A DNA stretch of 64,000 nt from Paramecium tetraurelia (Eukaryota), in contig CT868675.1 in assembly GCA_000165425.1 (NCBI GenBank), positions 124,001-188,000 on the forward strand, given 5' to 3'. The translations under genes were made by a program, and so were the position numbers. This document shows positions 51,878 to 64,000 of the stretch, piece after piece. The notes below the pieces were generated by a model. That model had not been told where the DNA came from. It searched no databases and saw nothing but the letters and a program-made list of their open reading frames with translations. Numbering within the stretch: position 1 is the first letter of the stretch; each line of letters begins with the position of its first letter.

Positions 51878-53232
51878 ATGTTTGGAATTTCATCAATTTA
51901 CATTTTGGATTAGAAAGGAAGAGTCTTGATTACAAGGTAATACAGAAATGAATTGCCGATGAATATTCACGAAACATTTAATAAAAAATTATTGGAGTTT
52001 GACGAATATACTCAAAAGCCTGTAATGATAGACAAGGATGGATATACTTACATATTTATAAGGCACAACAATCTAATATTTATGACTGTTTGTTCTCAAA
52101 ATGCTAATTGTCTAATGATTTTTTCATTTTTATTCAGATTGGTATAGGTATTACAGGAATATTTTGTAAATGTTGAAGAGGAGTCAATCAGAGATAATTT
52201 TGTAGTTGTTTATGAATTGTTAGATGAAATGCTTGATAATGGATATCCGTAAACAACAGAATTTAAAATTTTGAAAGAATTTATCAAAACAGAAAGTTTT
52301 TAATTGAAGGAGAAGAAATAACCAGAGCAAACTAATTTCAATGTTGTTGCATTGGTTTCTAATAAGATATCATGGAGAAAGGAGGGAATCAAGTATAAAA
52401 AAAATGAAGTTTTTTTGGATGTGATTGAGAAATTGAATATGCTAATAGGGCAACAAGGAAATGTAATAAAGAGTGAGATTATAGGATAAGTGTAAGTGAA
52501 GTGTATGTTGAGTGGAATGCCTGAATTGAAATTAGGTTTGAACGACAAAGCATTTTTTGAAGCACAAGGTCGTTAATCCAGAGCAAGGGCAGTTGAATTT
52601 GATGATATTAAGTTCCATTAATGTGTGAGATTATCAAAATTTGAAAATGAAAGAGTTATTTAATTTACACCTCCAGATGGTGATTTCGAATTGATCTCCT
52701 ATAGATTGGATATAAGAGTGAAACCACTATTTTCAGTTGATGTATTGATTGAGAGGAAATCAGCAACAAAGATTGAGTTCTTAGTTAAAGCCAAATCGAA
52801 TTTCAAGCCTAAGAGTACAGCAAACAATGTTGAAGTAATTCATTCCATTATATCCATAGATATTTGTACCAGTGCCTGATGATGCAGAGTAACCTCAATT
52901 TAGAACTGCTCATGGTTCTGTCAATTATATGCCCGATAAGGAAGCTATGTGTTGGAGCATCAAATAATTTGGAGGTCAGAGAGACTTTATGATGAATGCT
53001 GTATTCCATCTCCCAACGTATATATACATATCAATTTAAATATAGAATCGTATCACCGAATAGAGATAAATTTTAGAAGATGCCTATAAATATCACATTT
53101 GAAATCCCCTACTTTACTGTCTCTGGTTTTTAAGTCAGATATTTAAAGATTCAAGATAAAAGTGGATACAATGCTTTGCCATGGGTGAGATACATTACAT
53201 AAAATGGAGAATATTAAATTAGAATGAATTGA
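51878..53232 (+). CDS. AP1M: AP-1 adaptor complex mu subunit
   Basis: EESIRDNFVVVYELLDEMLDNGYPQ, SWRKEGIKYKKNEVFLDVIE, KFHQCVRLSKFE, FEIPYFTVSG, ALPWVRYITQNGEYQIR. Confidence 0.95.
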
Positions 53233-53483
53233 TATTTTTTCGTAATATCATCCAAATTATATCTGATAAAAGTTAAATAAAATATCATTGTTAAGCACAT
53301 CCTTCTTAATCTAAATAAAATGATGCAATCTTTTAATGTTGATTGTGATATTGGTATATATTAAATTGCATTACTAATTAACTCATGAAAAGTAATATAT
53401 GATTAGCAATAGCAACTATTGATCTGATTATTTTACTTATCAAAAATGTAAATAATATTAATTTTTTTATTTGATAACAATAA

Positions 53484-55427
53484 ATGAGATAACGAAGTGG
53501 TTAGATAATGTCACCAGCTCGTATAATATAAAACTTTTAAATGAGCACTAGAAATCAATCTAACAAAAATGCATCACAATCTCCCTTAAAATTCCTTTAA
53601 AGAAATCTATCGCAAATTATTTTGAAGGATTTAGTGAAACAAGATTCAGCTCGAAAAGTTAATCATGGTAGCTTAACTGAGAGAGTGCATAGTTAGCAAC
53701 GATCAAATTCCAGGGATAAACCAAAACCATTAGTGAAATCTTCGAAAGTTCCAACTGAATCAAATTTCCCATCTCAATAAATTTCAAAGGGAATTAACTT
53801 AATTCTAAACCAAAAATTGACAAATAAAAATAAACTCGTCTTAGAAAAAGGTTCAATGACTCGCAGAAATAGCGTTGAAGATCTTCTAACAAGTTCTGTT
53901 TAAGTAGGGAAGGGAAATCTTTCCTCAATTGATAAAATGGAACTAATATAGGAAATTTCTGTTTACATCCATTATTCTTCAGAAGTTACACAAATTCATC
54001 GATTTCATCCTAATGTAACGACTGATAAAATTGTAAGTGTTCTGAAAAGTAAATCTGGGAACTATTAAGTCGTTGGATTTGCAACACTTGATGAAAACAT
54101 TGGATTTGATTACTATCTCACAGTTCCCTCTCTTCCAATGAATCACATGATTGGAAAAACCTTAAGGTTGAAGCCTATAATTGGTATATCTCCACCGAAG
54201 CAATTGAATTTGAGTTGCTTTCAGTTTTTGCATGTGATAGGCAGAGGTGGATTCTCAACAGTTATTTTATCTCGATCACTAATTGATGGTAGTTTCGTAG
54301 CCTTGAAGTTGATTAGCAAAAGCTTTGTCATCTAAAATGAGAAACAGGATTTAGTTTAGAATGAAAGAGATATTCTTATAGAAACTACCAATAAAGGTTC
54401 GTTATTCACATCAAAGATAGAATTTGTATTTGAAACTAAGAATTGGATAATTTTTGGCATAGAGTATTGTCCTGGAGGGGAAATGTTTAGTTACATGAAA
54501 AGAGCATAAAAGATGACAGAAAATCAAGCTAGATTCTACATTACAGAAGTATGTTTGGCCATAGGGTTTCTACACCACTAACAAATGATCTATCGTGATT
54601 TAAAACCAGAAAATGTGTTAATAGATATTACAGGGCATATTTAATTGGCTGATTTTGGTTTGGCAAGACCCAACATGCAACCAGAATAGAATGCTTATTC
54701 GTTTTGTGGTTCTCCTGAGTACATGGCACCTGAAATGTTTCATAATGATGGACATAATTATTTAGTTGATTATTATTGTTTAGGAGCATTACTATATGAA
54801 TTTGTTACAGGTCTTCCCCCCTTTTATTGTGAAGATAAAAATATCATTTACACTAGATTGTTAAATGAATAGGTGACATTCCCCAAATAGTTAAGTCCAG
54901 AAGTCAAAGATTTGATTCGATTACTTATGATTAAGGATCCAAGTAGGAGATTGGGATCGAAGAGTGGAGTTGATGATATATTGGCACATCCTTGGTTCTA
55001 GGATGTTGATATCTCAAAATACATTTAAAAAAAAGTAGATCCACCTTATATTCCTGAATTAACTAAGTTAGTATTTAAATAACCTACAACCAACGATAGA
55101 ATTTTGTTCGAATAATTGAATAGGGAATAGAAATTGATTATTTAATTTACACCTATGTTTGAAAGTGCCTTCTTCTATCAATAGAAAAGATACAAAGCCT
55201 ATGAATTTGATAAAAACTCATCTACTCAAGTTACCAAAGACACAATAGACTCATTAGTAAGAAAAAGAACCAAAAATTCTCAGAATAGTTAACAATCACT
55301 ATTATCCCAATAATCATAATCATAACTATCATCAGTGATATGTTCAAATGATACACTCAAAAATACAAAAAGTGTAACCAACCTAAAATTTTATTAAAGT
55401 TTATTGACTGAACCATCTAAAAAATGA
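53484..55427 (+). CDS. AGC-family Ser/Thr protein kinase
   Basis: IGRGGFSTV, VALK, YRDLKPEN, LADFG, FCGSPEYMAPE, TGLPPFY, RLGS, HPWF, DPPYIP. Confidence 0.92.
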
Positions 55428-55455
55428 GTCTATATTTATTTTTAATATTTTCTCA

Positions 55456-56160
55456 TCACTATTTCTTCTTTTTCTAAACTGGCTACTCTTCTTCAGATTC
55501 CTCTGCTTCTTCTGCATCTTCTTCATCATCATCCTCCTCCTCATCATCTTCTAAATCCTCCTCCTCGTCTTCTTCATCCTCATCATCATCATCTTCATCT
55601 TCTTCATCCTCATTTTCTTCGTCTTCTACTTCATTTCCAGCCTTGTCCTTGTGATCAATATAACTCAATTATGGTATCGATTCAAATAGGAGTGCTCTAT
55701 CAGTATCTTTTTCATTAAATACTAAATGCTATAATTCTTTTAGTTCAACCAAAACTTTAAGATCCTTTTTTTATTCAAAATAATAATATACATCTTGGCT
55801 TATTTTTTTATTCCCACTTATGTCTAAGTATGTCACTTTTGGGAAAATGCTAAATAATATGTTGGAGACTATTCTTATCCAAATTATTATTGCATAATCG
55901 TAATTTTGTTAGATTTGGGAATCCTATTAAATTATCTAAAGATGACAATTTGCAATCATTGAATTCCAAACATACTTTCTTTATTCATCATTTTTACTTA
56001 AATCATTGTATTTTGCCAATAATTTTATTGTTTCATTTGTAAATTATCCAATGTTGATATTTTCAAAACATAATTTTTATATTTTTTCTTGTCCTTCCTT
56101 CTATGCTTATATTTCAGCCTTCATGCTTATCAGAACATCCATCTTCTTATTTCCACTCAT
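55456..56160 (-). CDS. ANP32-like LRR protein with acidic tail
   Basis: LEFNDCKLSSLDNLIGFPNLTKLRLCNNNL, YLDISGNK, LFESIPQLSYID, a long E/D tract and a C-terminal KKKK. Confidence 0.8.
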
Positions 56161-56200
56161 TTAATTATCAATTAATATTAAAATTTATAATAAACTCACA

Positions 56201-56940
56201 ATGTCAAGACCGCTTAGTTTTAGAGAAGATTCATTTAAACTTGATGATCCAATCTCTAATTTAAGTGAAAGAGTGTCAAAAAAAGAGTAAATTGAAATGA
56301 AACGATAATTAGATATTATGCTTAATCGAATTAAATTACTATCCATCCAAAAATCAAGATTGTACATTTAAACCTAATATTAGACAAGCAAAACAGTAAC
56401 AAACTGAAGACAGAATTTAATATCTTAATAATATTAGAAGTTACAATCATTCACATTTTGAGAGAGTATTGAGTATTTATTTGGTAGGTTCAACAAAATA
56501 AGGAGACGAGAAATTAATCTCTGCAACTCTAAAGGGATATCAAAAAGTAAGAAAAATAAGATTAGATTAAGCTTTAACAGCAAATTCGTTTATCTATTTA
56601 ATAACAAAGAGAATAAAAATTTTAATAAATGAAACTACAATCATTACAATATGATAAATTTATTACTCTTTAAAGAGAGAGATCTAAATCTTTTAATGTT
56701 GAGAAAAAGCATAAAGTTTAATTACAAGAACAATAAATATAATAAAATTTGGAACAGTTCAAACAAATAAAACAACAGTAATTCAAATCATAGCATAAAT
56801 AAGTTGTCTTAAATAATTATTTGTAAAAAGCAAATGATTTTGTGAAAATAAATAAGTTATGGGACTTAGAGAAAAGTATATTAAATTCTTTGAGAAGCTC
56901 TACAAAATCAAAATTTAAAATCTCTCTAACAAAAGCTTGA
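56201..56940 (+). CDS. Coiled-coil hypothetical protein
   Basis: MSRPLSFREDSF...QLDIMLNRIKLLSIQK; short introns; ends LTKA-TGA. Confidence 0.65.
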
Positions 56941-57081
56941 AATTTAATTCTTAATTTATAAGTGTAAATATCAAGAATCATATTCTATAGTAAAAATTAA
57001 GATTATATATTCATTTATTTTGAAAATAAAACTAATAAATTATATCTATAAATATGATTCTCCATTATTTATTATTTAAAT

Positions 57082-60000
57082 TCAATCTTTTGAGAATAAA
57101 TATTCATATTTTTCAGTTATACTATTTAGATTATTTCCTACGATATTCAGAATTATATTATCCAAAACTACTTTTTTGGACTATTCCTCTAAGATTTTCC
57201 ATAAATTCCAAGTAAAGCTTAAATTATTTTTTAAGGCCTAATAATATTCAATGTATAATATTACATTATCTAATTTCCTAATTAAATTCTGATAATATTA
57301 ATTAAAACAATTAGACTATTTCAATCTGCTAGTAATAATAGTTCTTTAATTTCCCCAATTATTGTATATTGCATTTAAACTATCTTGATTTGAAAAAAAG
57401 AAAATATCCTATCTTTACTTTGTAAACAAATTATAGTGCATGCAAAACATTCCAAATTAATAAAAGTTTAATCCATCATTATTTTGCATCTCCTTCAAAA
57501 ACAATTTTTTATATTGCAATAAATTTTAATTGTCCTCAATCAAATTAAATAATATTTCAAATTCTTCAATACTAATAATCTGATTATCATCAACATCTAT
57601 TGCCAAAAATAGTTCATTGAAGTTGTCTTTCTATATTTTTCTTAAATATTGAAATTGCTCAAGGCAGAATTAATAATATTGATCTAAATCAACATATATT
57701 TCACCCTTTATTATTTTATGATATTAATTGAGTTACTCTAGTATCTCTTATCCTTTTTCATTTAACATCATTAATTATTTTTTAATTTTAGATTGCTTAA
57801 CATATATGCTTTCATTTGTTTAATTGCAGTATAATAGATTTAACGGATTAGAATGTTCATCTAGGGTTGATAAAGATTATATATAGAAATCTAGATCTTC
57901 ATTTGAAATCCCTTCGTATAATTGTAGAAATCGAGAGAATAATCTAATTCTAGTATTTTATTGGTAAAATATTAGACTTTAACAAAACGATGTCATTTTT
58001 TACTCAGCAACATTCTTTAATCCATATTGATTCATAAAATATTCATAACAAATAGCATATAATGGGTACTTTTACTCCAATCTTTCTTTATAGAAAAAAG
58101 AGATTTATTTTAATAGATTTTATAACGATATTGTATTTTCGATTTGCTCTGGATTTTACTTAAAATCTTGTTACAATTAACTTATAAATGCTAAAGCGAC
58201 ATCAAACATAAATGTTTTCCCTTTTCAATTTTTATTATTTCTATTCTAATGATAAATAATAATTCTTTACATAACTTGTCCTATTAAATCATAATATAAT
58301 TTTGTTATTATGTCTATCTTCTTTGTTAGACAATACTTCCTCTTTAATTAAAATTAGTTTTTGTATCAATCATGAAATCATTAACAAGTTTGCTCAAAGG
58401 ATCCTCATTGACTTAATTCTTATCTAATTCTTAGGAGTTGCTGACATGAAGTGAGTTTTATGATTATCTTCTTGGGATTATTTGACTCGAATTTTTAAAG
58501 GATTTAATTTATTTTTTTGAATCTTTTGTTTCAACTGTACTTATTTTGCTTAACCCAGTTGAATTTGTCTGTTTAAGTTATTAGGATGATTACGATTACT
58601 TGGATGCCTCTAAATTGATTAATTATTTAGATTTCTGGCTTTATGATAGTTTATTTAGATCTGAGGCATTTTCATGAGTTTTATTTTGCGTTTCAATTTT
58701 AAGACTTGTTTTGATTGAAGATGTAGTTTGTTGAGGTCCTAATGTCATTTATTGTTCTGTATTTTATTGTTCAATACTAACAACTGTCATTTCTCTTTAT
58801 TTATTCTCGATTTACTTTTCCAATTACTATTACAGGATTTAAATGTCTTTTTGTAACTGAATAATTAAATTATCTTAATTAGTTAATTTAATTTATTAAG
58901 ATTCTACTTCTCTTTAGATTAATTATTTTTATTTTCTTAATTGATCTTGAATTTAAATCTCCATTCGCACTCTATCTTCTAATGCATAATTGATTTCCTT
59001 AGCTTTTCTTAATTCTGAATTTGGAGGATTGGAATTATTTCTATAAAAATGATAAAAATTACCTATTTACAGATGTCTATGGAGTTGAGATGGGCTATTC
59101 ATCCATATCTAGATTGTCGCATTATATTCCTACTTACTTGAAATATCTGTAGTCAGTTTGAACATATTATTGAATTTTATCTACATTAGTTTGAGTTAAT
59201 TTATTGACATGTATTTCCATGGTAGAGTATAAATCATAACAACTAGTTGATTTATGATCTTCAAAATCTCCAAATCCATGCTGACCTCTTTTTTACTTTG
59301 AGAGACTATAATTAATTCTATCATTGAGTTATTTTATTATTTTCTAGTTTTCAGTCAATAAGGCATTATTTTTAATTGATAAATCCTCATTTTCATTCAT
59401 GGTAATACAATACTTATTTTTGAGTTCATCATTTTCTTATTTCAAATCTTAAAATTTAGAAATGATGTGTTTATATTTAGAATTTAGATTATCGAAATCC
59501 ATGATTTTTTCTTCATATTTTTATTATTATTATTGTATTTATTTTTCTAATAATTTAACTTTGTCCTCATAAACTTAGACTGATATTTAATAGGTTTGAT
59601 GTACCTAATTTATTTATGAGATTTTACTTGTTTTAATTGATTTAAGTATTCTGTTTCTTAATTGATTTTATCCTATTGATTTGCTTGCATGACTATGTTA
59701 TTAAATTTGACATATTGATTCCATATCTTTTCCAATAACACTCTAATTACAAGAACTTAATTACCCTTTTTCTACACAATCAATTGATATTTCTCTAACT
59801 AATTCTTTGAGACTCTAATTAAATACTTACTCCAATTGAAAGAGGAGCTTCTCTTCCTTCAGATTAGAGTCGACTACAATTATTTTCATCTAATAATCAA
59901 TCCATTAAGCCAATTTTATGACATCTTATCTTTGAATTATAACATTAGCTGGTTTAGTTTATGGGATGTGTTAGGACAGCTTGTCAGAGAATTCGCTGGT

Positions 60001-60475
60001 TTCATGCAATAATTATGCTAATTTCTCCTTATCTCTTAGATCGAATAAATTCACATGAATAGAAGATACTTCTAATATTTGCATAAATTTGTGTAAGTAC
60101 TTCGAGGATATTCAGGAACTATGTCTTCTTAGGAATCATTATTAAATTTGAATGGATTTTCACTCAGCATTTGAGAATACACCTCATTTTTTCGTTGTCT
60201 GCTTTGCCTCTCTACTTCGAACATTTGAGATTTGCTTAACAATGGAGATGCATAATATTACTAGTTAATTTTTACTGTATAAATACATCTTGTTTAACCT
60301 CATATTTATCATTTCGAATGAATGAGACATTACTAATGTTATGAAGAGATTTTAACGAATTATCGTGAAATTATTTAGATTATTTTTAAGAAGAGTTGAA
60401 TAAATGTTCTATTGAATGGAAACTTTTGGCTTGAGGCGTTCTTGAAATGTTGGGCAATTATTTCTAACTTATCAT
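57082..60475 (-). CDS. Large coiled-coil protein with C-terminal EF-hand-like region (TSNAXIP1-like motif)
   Basis: YEYFMNQYGLKNVAEQK...RIRLFSRFL and LFLAIDVDDNQIISIEEF. The 5' intron structure is uncertain. Confidence 0.7.
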
Positions 60476-61403
60476 ATATAAATAAATAAAACTATTATTT
60501 TCTAAAACATTAAACAAGAATTTCACATTATAAATTATTTAATTTTTGTCAAAAATCAACCTAACATGTTCATTCATCATTAATAACTGTCTACAAATAT
60601 CACAGACTACTTATAATTAAATGATAAAAATATTGTTATGATTTCTTTAAATCAATAAATATATCAGCAAACTTTTAATATATACTCTTATAGAGAATTA
60701 AGGTCATCCTAAAATTGGATAGAACTCTAATACCAGAATTTTAGTAACACTTTGATGATTGATGCAAGCTTATTTTCTTAAAATGTTATTATTAACTAGT
60801 TTTGGGGATTCAACATTTCAGAATAATCTTTCATTTTGTTAAGATATCGACAGTTTGGCTATCGCTTAAAGAGGATATTGATATTTGCAATTTACTTTAC
60901 AATCGATAATAAATCAAAACGGATAAGTAAGAGTTAGTGATTTGTTGTTTTTATAATCAATTTAGATTCATTGATATGTATATAAGTTGTACAAGATAAC
61001 ATTTGTATTTTTCAAATCTAAACATATCTTAAGCGGTTTATCAAATGAGGTTTTATTAAGAAAATAAGACGTTAAAAGATGATTTTTATTCATGAAATAC
61101 AATAAAGTTAATTGATTTAAATGATATATCCATTTTATTGTAAAGAATTGTATAATTTATAAGGAAAGTATTGAATTACAAAATATTCCATTCATCATAT
61201 AAAATTAAGGAAATAAAATTAGAAGATATACTTAAAATAGTAATGTGATAATATATTGGGACAGAAAAATAGAATATGAAAGTTTCCTAATTATAAATTT
61301 AATTAGTAGAATTCATTTCTTTCATTATTGATTATCCAAAGTAGAAGATTAGAATTTAAGTTCGGTCTAATTGAATGAAATATAAAAATCTATTATTTAA
61401 TTA

Positions 61404-62924
61404 ATGGAGTCTTAGTTAAGCTTCATTTGTATCCGATAACACACATTTTTAGATTAGAAATATGTTCTTTAATTGCTTCCCACTAAGATCACTCTAAATT
61501 AAGTATGCTTGAATGATAATAAAGATTGGCAAAGAACCGAAATATATAATCGAATTAGAATTGCAGAATACAATTTCTTGGCAATTAAATCAAATGAATT
61601 AACTCATAAGCTTTAGCATTATGTGGAACAACATCGAGAAATAATTCCACTCTACGCATGAGGATCTCTTGAAGTTGCGATAAACTATTAAAAATAAAAT
61701 AATGTATAAAACTGTTCGCCATCTTTATAAACCCATGCAGTAATTGGGAGAAGGAAATTTCGATGAAGTAATTTATTCTAACATATAGGTATATTTATGC
61801 ATAGACAGAATAAATGGTAATTCATACGAAATAAAATGTCTTGCCAAAAATTAATTTGAAGATTCTATTGTATTTATTGCATATTTTACATCAGACTCGG
61901 ATTCATAATGAGATCTCTTGCTTAACAAATATTAGATCTGACTAAGTGTAAAATTTACATGAGGTATTTAACGGAGAAAACACTGTATATTTAATTTAAG
62001 AGTACTTGGAAGGATTAAACTTATATGAATTAATTATGAATGTCGCTTTAGATAGAACTTAAATATTAATTATTATGAAAGTAATTTGTATTACCAATAT
62101 CATAAAGCAATTGATTACTGCTGTTAGAGACATCCATTCCAGTAATATTATGCATAGAGACATCAAGCCAACTAATATAGTATTCAAAAATAAAGATTCC
62201 ATAGAAGGACTAAAATTAACAGAATTTCACTTAGCAGTTCACATATATCCTTCATAGGATTTGAGAGTCTGTGGTACCCCTGGTTATGCAGCTCCAGAAA
62301 AATTTAAAGATAGTTATAATGAAAAAGTAGATCTTTTTAGTGTTGGATGTATTTTCTTTAAATTGTATACATTTTCCTTGTAAATCGTATAATAGAGTCA
62401 CTACCAGAGATGTGTTTCCTGGAAAGACATCGAATGAAATTTTAAGGATGAATAAAATTTGCAACATAGACTTTAAAATTCTCTAGTTATATAAACTCAC
62501 TCCAGAGGAAACAGATCTTTTAATAAGTCTCCTTGAAATTGATCCAGAAAAAAGAATTAGTGCAGAAGCAGCATTATCCCATCCTTACTTTTAAAGTGAC
62601 AATAGCCAAAATGACTAATAACAATTGGCTAAGAAAAAGTCAATATAAGGCCAAACAACTGGAGAAAGAAGCAATAATCTCCTTTAAAAAGAAATCAATG
62701 AAATTGAAATGAATCCTGAGGAATTATAAGTAGATCAAGAATCTCCACGTATTAGTGCAATCCCCAATTTCAAAGTATTGAAAAAGGATTCTCAATTACA
62801 ATCATCTCAAGCAGTAAGAAAAAGTTCCAAATTAAAAAAAAGTGAAACCTAAGAATATACTCAATTAAACCTCAACAAGTCTAGATTTTAGGCGAGAAAC
62901 TCTGTTCATTAAACGATAGTTTGA
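61404..62924 (+). CDS. PH-like plus CAMK-type kinase domain, probable pseudokinase (DFG to EFH)
   Basis: LGEGNFDEVY, YEIK, HRDIKPTN, LTEFHLA, CGTPGYAAPE, DLFSVG, DPEKRISAEAALSHPYF; several introns. Confidence 0.85.
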
Positions 62925-63110
62925 TTATATATTATTTAATAACACAATTCGTATATTTCTCAATATAAAAGTGTATATTATAATTAAATTATTGATGTTT
63001 AAAAAAACTCTTTAATTATTTGAATTCAAATTTATCCTTTGACTGTAAAATTTGATATTTTATTTATCAATAACAATAAGTAAATAATTAATATATCAAG
63101 TAGTAAAAAT

Positions 63111-64000
63111 TCAAAGTAAGTTTTCAGTTTGTAAGACTATTTTTTTTATTAATTAAAAAGTATCCTAATCTTCTAGAGCAGATAGCAATCCTAAAACATA
63201 ATTACACCCTTTTAATTTAATTAATCTAATCAGAAAAATCTCAATCCAAAGAGGGATTGATACTATTTTAGAGATCCCACACACTAAAAAATCCATCAAG
63301 ATATTTTAAATTCTATTTTATAGTTATAAATTAATACAATAAAATTAGTTAAGTAGGTTCATCCTTACAAAAGTTTAAAAGTGAATAGGAAACCTAAATT
63401 GAAATAACCCGATCGTTTATTTTCTATAAGAGTTTCTATGCTAGTTTGTATTATTTAAGTCTCTTAGCGATTATACTACAATTAAATAAAAAAATGGATT
63501 CTTGTTTCAGAAACTAATTAAATGTTTGTTGCTCATCCTGATCATTAAGTGCAAGTCCAAAAATTGTATAATAATCCTTGAACTCTATTTGTTTTTCTTC
63601 ATAATGTTTATCCTTCAAAGATTCCTTTAATGAGGATGAAAAGATTTATGTTAATTTCGTCTTTGATGCTTATTTATCAGAACTATGAAATTATTGCTTC
63701 TAAGGACTTGAGCTAATATTTAATACATTATTATTATTGTAAAATAATTTATCTAGTATATTAAATGTCTAAGAGATATAATCAACAAATTCCTCAAGTG
63801 AAGGATTTAAATGATCTTTTTTTCTTTTCATTTAATCTCCAATCTCAGTTTATTTTAATAAAGGAAGATTCTTGCTGAGATGATCAATCAACCCATAAAT
63901 TTACACTATCGGGGCTTTAATTATTTTTTTTTCATTTAAATTTTACATAGGACGATTAACAACTCTCTTAAATTAACAAACAATATCTCTTTAAGACTCA
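63111..64000 (-). CDS. 3' part of a hypothetical helical protein (5' end outside the window)
   Basis: The frame is open from the window edge (ESQRDIVCQFKRVVNRP...) to ...QTENLL-TGA at 63111, with a probable short intron. Confidence 0.6.

Noticed and set aside
55483..55640. TCA/TCC/TCT trinucleotide-like repeat
   Set aside because: It is simply the Asp/Glu tract of the ANP32-like gene on the minus strand.
60566..60940. 124-codon code-6 ORF (MFIHHQQLSTNITD...) in the longest intergenic region
   Set aside because: With only one stop codon, ORFs of this length arise by chance in AT-rich DNA. It has no recognisable motif and needs RNA-seq support.
1958..62467. Most short ORFs in the supplied track (e.g. 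1958-2140, 5392-5601, 16956-17153, 17351-17677, 38235-38555, 49133-49411)
   Set aside because: They are antisense or off-frame shadows of real code-6 genes, produced by using standard stops and alternative starts.
1..64000. Selenocysteine/TGA readthrough, tRNAs, CRISPR arrays, telomeric repeats, transposons
   Set aside because: The in-frame TGAs I examined were resolved by short introns, except the frameshift at 15358. I saw no cloverleaf, repeat-spacer array, G4T2/G3T3 tract or transposase motif.

Overview
This window is eukaryotic, not prokaryotic. It is AT-rich, gene-dense ciliate macronuclear DNA of Paramecium type. TAA/TAG read as Gln and TGA is the only stop (genetic code 6). Introns are tiny (about 20-30 nt, GT...AG), and intergenic spacers are often only tens of bases. 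The supplied ORF track used standard stops, so it only shows fragments. Re-reading by hand in code 6 gives about 35 protein-coding genes. These include an LRR protein, a GAF protein, ODAD1/CCDC114, a UBE3A-like HECT ligase, four kinases, a MORN protein, an HP1-like protein, two dual-specificity pseudophosphatases, EF1B, a kinesin, a large TRANK1/LBA1-like helicase, a PRDX4-like peroxiredoxin, a DNA2-like nuclease, a GH5 endoglycoceramidase, TVP23, AP-1 mu and an ANP32-like protein. The most unusual items are: (1) a DNA2-like protein with intact Fe-S/PD-(D/E)xK nuclease motifs but a dead, truncated helicase, followed by a decayed duplicate fragment; (2) a DUSP(-UBL)-AZUL-HECT fusion; (3) a RelE-like/UvrD/TPR TRANK1-type helicase; (4) an HP1-like chromo/chromoshadow protein with an eroded aromatic cage; (5) a CudA-like putative transcription factor; and (6) a six-repeat beta-trefoil gene with a single-base frameshift. 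I saw no tRNA, rRNA, CRISPR array, telomeric repeat or recognisable transposon. All gene models and family calls come from manual translation and remembered motifs, not from database searches.
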